A program made the position numbers and the translations under genes. DNA of 38,469 bases from Stramenopiles sp. TOSAG23-2 (taxonomy: Eukaryota). The notes beneath the pieces were generated by a model, which saw only the letters and a program-made list of their open reading frames with translations, was not told the DNA's origin and did not search any database. Positions 31,575 to 38,469 of the stretch are shown in pieces. Each line of letters starts with the position of its first letter. Within the stretch, counting starts at the first letter, position 1. The stretch lies in NCBI GenBank assembly GCA_900128395.1, contig LT649316.1:1-38469 (forward strand), read 5' to 3'.

Positions 31575-31916
31575 AGTACATACGGTAGTTTTAATAATAG
31601 TAATAGTAGTAGATTGTACGTAGTAGGTTATAGTATAGTAGTTAGGAAAAATAAATATAATAATGCATGTCCATTTATCACAGAAAAAAAAATAAAAATA
31701 AAAAAGAGGAAGTTCATTTATAATTATATTTTATATATTATAAAAAGACAAACATTTTGAGCAAAAAGAAGAAGATAGTTTTGAACAAGAGAAGAAAAAT
31801 ATCATTATATAATCATCCATCACATTTCATAATGTGTTTTCATTTGGTTTTTACGAACATGTATGTATAATGTATATACGCTGGTTCGTATATATTATAA
31901 TATACATTAATATGCG

Positions 31917-32136
31917 TGTGTGTGTAAAAAGAAAATACAAAATAATTTTTCACAAGTCATAATTTTTTTTTTTTATATAACTTGTTGCGCTTTTACTTTT
32001 CCGTAATTTTTTTTAATTATTCGTAATGTGTGTGTAAAAAGAAAATACAAAATAATTTTTCACAAGTCATAATTTTTTTTTTTTATATAACTTGTTGCGC
32101 TTTTACTTTTCCGTAATTTTTTTTAATTATTCGTAA
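31917..32136. repeat. Tandem duplication, 110-bp unit, intergenic
   Basis: 31917-32026 = 32027-32136. Confidence 0.95.
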
Positions 32137-32273
32137 TTTTTTTAAAACAATACATGCACATTAAGAACACAGAGACTAAAGGTTCACATGTTCATTTCTT
32201 GTTTTTACTTGTGTTGTACTTCAGTATGATATTATACTTCGCATTATGATATACGAACCGCGTCGTATATCTA

Positions 32274-32378
32274 GTTTTAAAGATGCGTATTACTTAACAC
32301 GAGAAGTGTAAAATTATTACGAGTATGATTTATTTAACTTTAGATTTTAACCACCATCATCGTTTTAAAGATGTGTAT
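32274..32378. repeat. Dispersed repeat A' (32288-32360) flanked by 17-bp direct repeats
   Basis: GTTTTAAAGATG(C/T)GTAT at 32274-32290 and 32362-32378. The interior matches 1342-1395 in inverted orientation. Confidence 0.8.
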
Positions 32379-32543
32379 CATATCATTAACATATATACGC
32401 GAAATATCAAAGAAAAATTTATATTTTACGCGTGTACACAACACACACACACACACACACACATAAAAATACGAATCGTACGTCGTATTTTTTATAGAGG
32501 TGCAGAGGTTGTATTAAAATACATATCATACCTGTGGTACAAA

Positions 32544-32759
32544 ATTTTTTACTTCCTCCCTCTTCGTTTATATCGTGATTTACTTTTAAATGCTTTGTTA
32601 CCTTGTTTCCCACCTTTTCGTAAACGTATATGTTTCTTTTCTTTCCATTCTATTTTTTACTTCCTCCCTCTTCGTTTATATCGTGATTTACTTTTAAATG
32701 CTTTGTTACCTTGTTTCCCACCTTTTCGTAAACGTATATGTTTCTTTTCTTTCCATTCT
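32544..32759. repeat. Tandem duplication, 108-bp unit, spanning the DDX27 stop codon
   Basis: 32544-32651 = 32652-32759. Confidence 0.95.
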
Positions 32760-35383
32760 ATTTTTTGATTATTTGATTTAGAACGACCACCACTACCTAT
32801 GGAACGGTTTTTCTTACCACTAATGAATCCATTATTTAACATGGATGTTTTTGTAGCATAACGTGCTTCATTATCAAAAAGACCTGATCCTAATTTACTT
32901 TTCACACGTCTCTTTTTTTTTTGTCTCAATTCCTCTGCAATACCAGGTGCTTCAACAACTTCTTTTGTATCCAATCCATTCTCTGCATCTCTTATCTTAC
33001 GTTTTTCTTTTTTCACAATGCTTTGTGCTCTATTTTCCAAATTTACTGCTTGGTGGTCTTCTCCAGTCTCTCGTGATTCTCTTTCCATCGCTTTTAACAT
33101 TTCCATTCGTCGACGTTTTTTGCGAGATAGACGATGTCCTTTTTTTGGTTTTTTCTTTTCATTTAATATGTCTACGCCATCATCATCCTCCGTTTTCGAC
33201 TCCTCCTTCTTCTTTTTATCTTCCCCTTTGGCTTTTTTCGTACTATTTTCTTTAATTTTTCGTTTTTCCTCCTTCGATTGAAACCATGTTTTTCGAGGAC
33301 GACTAGTCAATTCCTCTTCGTACTCTAACATATTTTGTGCTTTGTTCATAGCCATTTCAGCTAATCTCATTTGTTTTTCATCTTTTTCTTGACGTCGGAT
33401 AGCTGCAACATCAGGTAATATTTCAGCAATATCATCTTTAAATTGATTGATAATAGTTTCATGTATTTGCCTACTTTTTGCAATGGAACCAGCTTTACGC
33501 ACTGCTTCATTCATTAATTTGCGTCCTTTCTCTCCTGCTAATGATACCGATACTCCAGTACGCCCAGCTCTTGCAGTACGACCTACACGATGAATATAGG
33601 TTGTCATATCACGCGGCATTTGAAAATTAATTACAGTTTCTACAGATGGTATATCCAACCCTCTTGCTGCTAAATCTGTTGCAAGTAAAAAGTTTACCGA
33701 TTGATCACGAAATTTTTGCATGGCTTCCAATCTCATACTTTGTGTTAAATCGCCATGTAACTCTGCTGCTTTTAAATTAAGTAAACCAAAAATTAATTTC
33801 ATACGATGAGCCATCCATTTTTGTTCAAAAAAAATAATTGTTCGTTTTTTAAATGTACGTTTGCACAATGCAACTAAAATGGCATCTCTTGTATTTTCCT
33901 TATCTTGCCTAATTCGAATAAATTCTTGCCTCAATTTATCTGCACTATTATATAATGGATCCACATCGATACGAACAGGACGACTTAATGATAATTTAAT
34001 TAAATCACTAACACCGGAAGTCATTGTTGCACTAAATAACATAGTCTGTCTACCTCGTGGGCAATACCTAACAAGTTCATGCACTTCATGTTCAAAACCC
34101 ATCTCTAATAAACGATCCGCTTCATCTAAAATTAAAATTTCAACATCTTCCAAATGAACTGCACGTGAATTCCGTGCATGATCAATCATACGACCAGGAG
34201 TACAAACAATTACATCTGGTCTGCTTCTTAATTCACTTTCTTGTACTTTAACGGATAAACCACCAACGACTAAGGATACGCGTATGTCTGTAAATTCACC
34301 CAAAGCTTGCATCATGGAATGACATTGTGTTGCTAATTCCCTAGTTGGTGTAATAATTAAAACCCTTGAAACGGAGATACGTTTTGGTCTGTACAATAAA
34401 CGTTCTAATACTGGTAATAAAAATGCAGCAGTTTTACCACTACCAGTAACAGCACTACAACATAAATCACGACCAGCTAATGCTAATGGAATAGCCCGTT
34501 CTTGTATCGGTGTTGGCCTTACAAAACCTAATTTTCGTATTGCTCGTAATAATGGGCGTGATAAATTTAATTTTGAAAATTGCGTAGTTGCTTGTGGCAT
34601 GATATCTCCACCTACTTGTTGTTGCTGTGCTGCTAATTGTTTTTGTTTATGTTTCAAAACATCTTTGTTTTTTTTTGCTTCTTTAATAGCATCTTTTTCA
34701 TTAGCAAAGTAAGAACTTGATTTTGTAGATGTTTTCTCTTTCTTATTTTTTCCATTTCGTCGGTTAGTATTATTGTTGTTATTATCTTCATCCATTTGAA
34801 CATCATCATCGTCGTCGTCGTCAGCATTATCATCATCACTACTACTACTACTACTACTATTATCGCTTTCATTATCACTACTGCTGCTGCTGCCACTACT
34901 TTCATCACCACTACTATTGCTGCTGCTACTGCTACCACTACCACAACCATCCTTATTTTCTTCTTTCTTACTTTTCGCTTCCATTTCTTTTCGTTTAGCA
35001 AGTCTTGCTTTAATTTTGTCATCTACTGTTGTTTGACTTGATGCACCAGCTTTTTCACTTTCAAGTTTACGTTGCTTTTTAATAGCTTTTGTGAAATCCC
35101 ATGTATTACCACGACCAGAACTATCACCATATTCATCATCATCATCATCATTACTATCACTACCACTATCATTTACAAATTTAAAACCTTCTCCAAAATT
35201 TATTCCCGAATCATTTGCTTTCTTCGACTTTCTTTTCAAATCTTTCTTTTTCTTTTTCTGCTTCTTATCATTTTTTAGTTTATTATTATCATCACTTATT
35301 GTTGCCTTACTTTCTTCCATATCACTATCTGAATCTTGTATTTCAACTTCATCATCATCTTCAATGGTATATATAAAACTCAT
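32657..35383 (-). CDS. DDX27: DEAD-box RNA helicase DDX27/Drs1 (60S biogenesis)
   Basis: LNLSRPLLRA, AVTGSGKTAAFLLPVLERLLYRP, DEADRLL, L.QEFIRIR, HRVGRTARAGR, RP.KTWFQS and terminal FKSKSRYKRR. Confidence 0.96.
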   Translation of the reverse strand: MSFIYTIEDDDEVEIQDSDSDMEESKATISDDNNKLKNDKKQKKKKKDLKRKSKKANDSGINFGEGFKFVNDSGSDSNDDDDDEYGDSSGRGNTWDFTKAIKKQRKLESEKAGASSQTTVDDKIKARLAKRKEMEAKSKKEENKDGCGSGSSSSSNSSGDESSGSSSSSDNESDNSSSSSSSDDDNADDDDDDDVQMDEDNNNNNTNRRNGKNKKEKTSTKSSSYFANEKDAIKEAKKNKDVLKHKQKQLAAQQQQVGGDIMPQATTQFSKLNLSRPLLRAIRKLGFVRPTPIQERAIPLALAGRDLCCSAVTGSGKTAAFLLPVLERLLYRPKRISVSRVLIITPTRELATQCHSMMQALGEFTDIRVSLVVGGLSVKVQESELRSRPDVIVCTPGRMIDHARNSRAVHLEDVEILILDEADRLLEMGFEHEVHELVRYCPRGRQTMLFSATMTSGVSDLIKLSLSRPVRIDVDPLYNSADKLRQEFIRIRQDKENTRDAILVALCKRTFKKRTIIFFEQKWMAHRMKLIFGLLNLKAAELHGDLTQSMRLEAMQKFRDQSVNFLLATDLAARGLDIPSVETVINFQMPRDMTTYIHRVGRTARAGRTGVSVSLAGEKGRKLMNEAVRKAGSIAKSRQIHETIINQFKDDIAEILPDVAAIRRQEKDEKQMRLAEMAMNKAQNMLEYEEELTSRPRKTWFQSKEEKRKIKENSTKKAKGEDKKKKEESKTEDDDGVDILNEKKKPKKGHRLSRKKRRRMEMLKAMERESRETGEDHQAVNLENRAQSIVKKEKRKIRDAENGLDTKEVVEAPGIAEELRQKKKRRVKSKLGSGLFDNEARYATKTSMLNNGFISGKKNRSIGSGGRSKSNNQKIEWKEKKHIRLRKGGKQGNKAFKSKSRYKRRGRK

Positions 35384-35411
35384 AATATATATATATTATA
35401 TATTTAATATC

Positions 35412-38400
35412 ATGATGTCAAATCCTGTACCAATCACAATTTATGATAGCAGTACAAGTAGGATATTAAATAACAACAATGATCGTTCCAATACAGCAAC
35501 AACTGCTGGTAGTGAACAGCAATTAGATGGTGGTATGATGATAAATAATGATAATAACAACACCAATCTCAACAACATCAACGGCAATAAACATGTACAT
35601 AATAATAATAATAATAATCCAGAAACTGTTGCAAAAGAATATATGAGGAAATGGTTAGAATCTTTTCGTTATGAGCAAGATAGCAGTACATCATTAGTTT
35701 TATATTTACAAAAAAAATTACATGAAGCATTAAAATCATCAGAACGATTAGGAAATCCAAATGAATTTCGTACTGCAGTTTGTTGTCATTTATTGGATAT
35801 AATATGTCGTACATTTGGTCGTTATAGTGAATTAGTCGATCAATTAAAAATGGAAATATATGCATCTATTTACATCGATAAAGATGCTCTTTTTGAACGA
35901 TTACAAAATTTAAATGGTACCCCCCCAACTGCAGAAACATTTATTGAATTTCAACCATATTTTAGAAAGGTCGAACGTTTATTAAAACGTAAACATGATT
36001 TGGAAGAAGAAGTTGCAGCTGCTGTTCGACAACGTAATAAAATGAAAGCTGAATTAAATAAAAAACAAAAGGTTTTAAATGCAACTGCCAAAAAATGGCA
36101 AATGACATTAATGGAACAATCCTTTCGTACATGGGCAAAAACGGTAGTGGCAAGAAGGCAACAACGTGTTGTTTTATTGCAATATTTTTTGAACAAAGAC
36201 AAAGCACGTTTAAAATTAGTCTTGAAAGAATGGAGATTACAAACCCATAGTATTAAACGTAAACGTAAGTAAAATTCTATTACCCTTAAACATATAAAGT
36301 AAAGGTACCCTCTCTAACACATTACGCATTCATACACTACGCTTCACAGGTGCAAAGGATGATTTAGACGATGCGACGGACAAAGTTGGTGAATTGGAAG
36401 CTGAACGTGATCAGCTTGAAAAAGAAAGAGATGTTGCTAATGATAAAATTCAAAATTTAAAAGAAGAATTAGATGTTGCTCAAAAAGAATTGGCACATTT
36501 AGATGACGAAGCTGTTAAAGTGCAACGTGAAATTGCTGAAAGTAAAGAAGCTGAATTAACTGCTGCAGCAAGAGCATGGGCGGAATTATGTGATGCATCA
36601 TGTTTTCATCAAATGAAAGCATTACGAAGAAAATTAGATGCATTGGATGAAGATCCATACTATGCTGACATTACATTATTAGCAAATGCACCATCCATTA
36701 TTGATGAGCATGGAAAAATTAAACGGATTCCAACATTGCCACCACATCCAACGGAAGATGAAATAAAAGTATTGGAAAAGAATAAAGTAGATTGGAAAAA
36801 CGATCAAGAAGCTACTGTTGTACATTTACCAGTTGATCTCTTGTTGTTACGTTGGATTAATTTTCATTTAGTTAATGCGAAATATCCAAAAATTGTGGAA
36901 AATTATACAACAGATTTACAAGATTCCGAAGAAATTGCAATTATTTTAGCAGCATGTTCCAAGGCATTGTCCTCGCCAATTGCTGGGAAACCATTAAATA
37001 AAAAATTACGAAATTTTGACATAGAAGCTAGAGCGGAAGAAATTGTTACACGCATAGCAAAATTAGGTGGCCCGCCATTAATCGATGTGGATGATATTGT
37101 ATTAATGGTACCAGATACGATGTTAGCGATGTTATCTTATTTTTTTTGTAATTATCCACAATTGCGACCGAATCCTTTGCCCTGGGTCGTTGCTAGTGAC
37201 GCATTGAATCGTGCTATGTCCGCATGGACAAATTTAAAGAAACAATGGCTAGACGGTGGTACGATTAAATCAAAATCAGGCGATATGTTGAAAACAATGA
37301 ATTCAATCGATGAAAAAACAGTAAAAAAAGTAGGCCAGCAAGTAATGGCTGCTTGCACGGCTGCAAAGCAAGCGATACAACGTCATGAGCGTGCAACTAG
37401 GTTGTACGAACGTGTACGGGTACGGGTACGTGATTATGCCTGGGATGCTATGAATTCAAGAGGAAAAGGGCAACCGATTACCATATTAGATCGTAGGCTT
37501 ATACGAGAACGTAAAGCATTTACGGAATTACGAATCAATTTCCAAAGTAAAAGTGGATTGCAAGATGGTTCCATGGCAAAACGCTTTAGTTTAGAAAATG
37601 ATCCAAATCATGAAGTGAAGGAAATTATGGAAATCTTAATGCAAAATTTTGAAGATCTAAAACGCATTTATCGACATTATAGCAGTAGTAAACCTGGTGC
37701 TGGTGGCACGATGGATTTAGCGGAATTTGGAATGATGATGTTCGATATTAAATTGCCACCTAAAGTATTTCCAGTATCAATTATTGAAGAAATTTTTAAA
37801 TTAACTAATAAAGCAAGTGAAACAACTGCAAAGTATGATTTAGAACTAGAGGCAAGTGAATACATTGAAGCATTGTTGCGCGTCGCGAGTAGATTATATC
37901 AAAAGCAATCTACTGCATTTGGTAATCCAAAGAGTAGTAAGGAACAATTAATGTCCTACTCTGAGTTATTCCATCATTTTTTAGAAAATAAATTGCTTCC
38001 ATATGCATGTAGATCTGATGCACATCGTTTTCGAGAAGAATTGAAAGATGAAAGTGTGAAAGGTATTTTTCGTAAATATCGCGATAAATTGCAGCAATTG
38101 TTTAAAAAATATGCAAAAGGTGATGGTTCAATGAATATAAAGGAATTTTTAAAATTCATACGTGATCGACAATTAATCAATAATTCATTCAGTGAAGATG
38201 AATTTCATAATGTATTTAATAAAGTGCAAGATGATGAAGGTGCTTTTCATGCAGCTGTTGGTTCATTAGGTTTAGATGAACATGGACACGATGAAGGTAT
38301 TAAAGGATTTAAATTGTCATCGAAATTACGAAAATTAGATCAAGAATTGAGTTATCCTGAATTTATTGAAGGTATTGCAACTATATCAATTTATAAAGAT

Positions 38401-38463
38401 CCAGATCCATATGTACCATTGAAACAAAAAATTGAAACGTTTTTAGAGCAAGATATATTGTAA
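35412..38463 (+). CDS. 988-aa coiled-coil / calponin-homology / EF-hand protein, 2 exons (35412-36264 and 36350-38463)
   Basis: The intron joins two long ORFs in frame (...KRK-R-AKDDL...). CH-like LLLRWINFHL...NYTTDLQDSE, EF-hand-like MDLAEF and DGSMNIKEFLKF, and Sfi1-like F..W segments. Confidence 0.85.
36265..36349 (+). other. Spliceosomal intron, 85 bp
   Basis: GTAAGT donor, CTAAC at 36314-36318 and CAG acceptor. Removal restores the reading frame. Confidence 0.92.
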
Positions 38464-38469
38464 GAGTGT

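Noticed and set aside
1511-32759. CRISPR array, LTRs or transposon TSDs as the explanation for the many direct repeats
   Set aside because: Each unit is unique local sequence present as two adjacent copies with nothing in between. There are no spacers, no shared termini, and no cas or transposase genes.
35091-35411. 5' part of ORF 35091-36272
   Set aside because: It is the antisense shadow of the low-complexity DDX27 N-terminus. The credible start is the ATG at 35412.
1-38469. tRNA or rRNA genes, telomeric repeats, or an alternative genetic code
   Set aside because: None was recognised. Long conserved ORFs read cleanly in the standard code and end in TAA, TAG or TGA.

Overview
This is AT-rich, gene-dense eukaryotic nuclear DNA in the standard genetic code, with poly-Asn tracts and two clear GT-AG introns carrying CTAAC branch sites. 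It looks like a compact protist genome, but the taxon cannot be fixed from sequence alone. There are about 16 protein genes: an intron-containing haloalkane dehalogenase, an FNR/cytochrome b5 reductase-like oxidoreductase, a dual-specificity phosphatase, V-ATPase subunit d, BUD13, an IQ/coiled-coil protein, a Myb/TPR-like protein, MFSD1, an ACP5-like acid phosphatase, a 7-TM gustatory-receptor-like candidate, an LCCL membrane protein, an in-frame PSTK-ataxin-10 ORF, DDX6, DDX27, a CH/EF-hand protein and one small hypothetical. The dominant structural signal is 16 near-exact tandem duplications of 86-227 bp, 13 of them on or next to gene starts or stops. There are also several junctions where promoters or start codons seem to be missing. 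Unmerged scaffold overlaps and closed gaps are the most likely explanation, but a real process is not excluded, because diverged (older) gene-end duplicates are also present. Other points of note are a phosphatase block bracketed by two copies of the MFSD1 5' end, two nested pairs of inverted short repeats in convergent gene gaps (possible inversion scars), a MITE, and two Helitron-like 3' ends.
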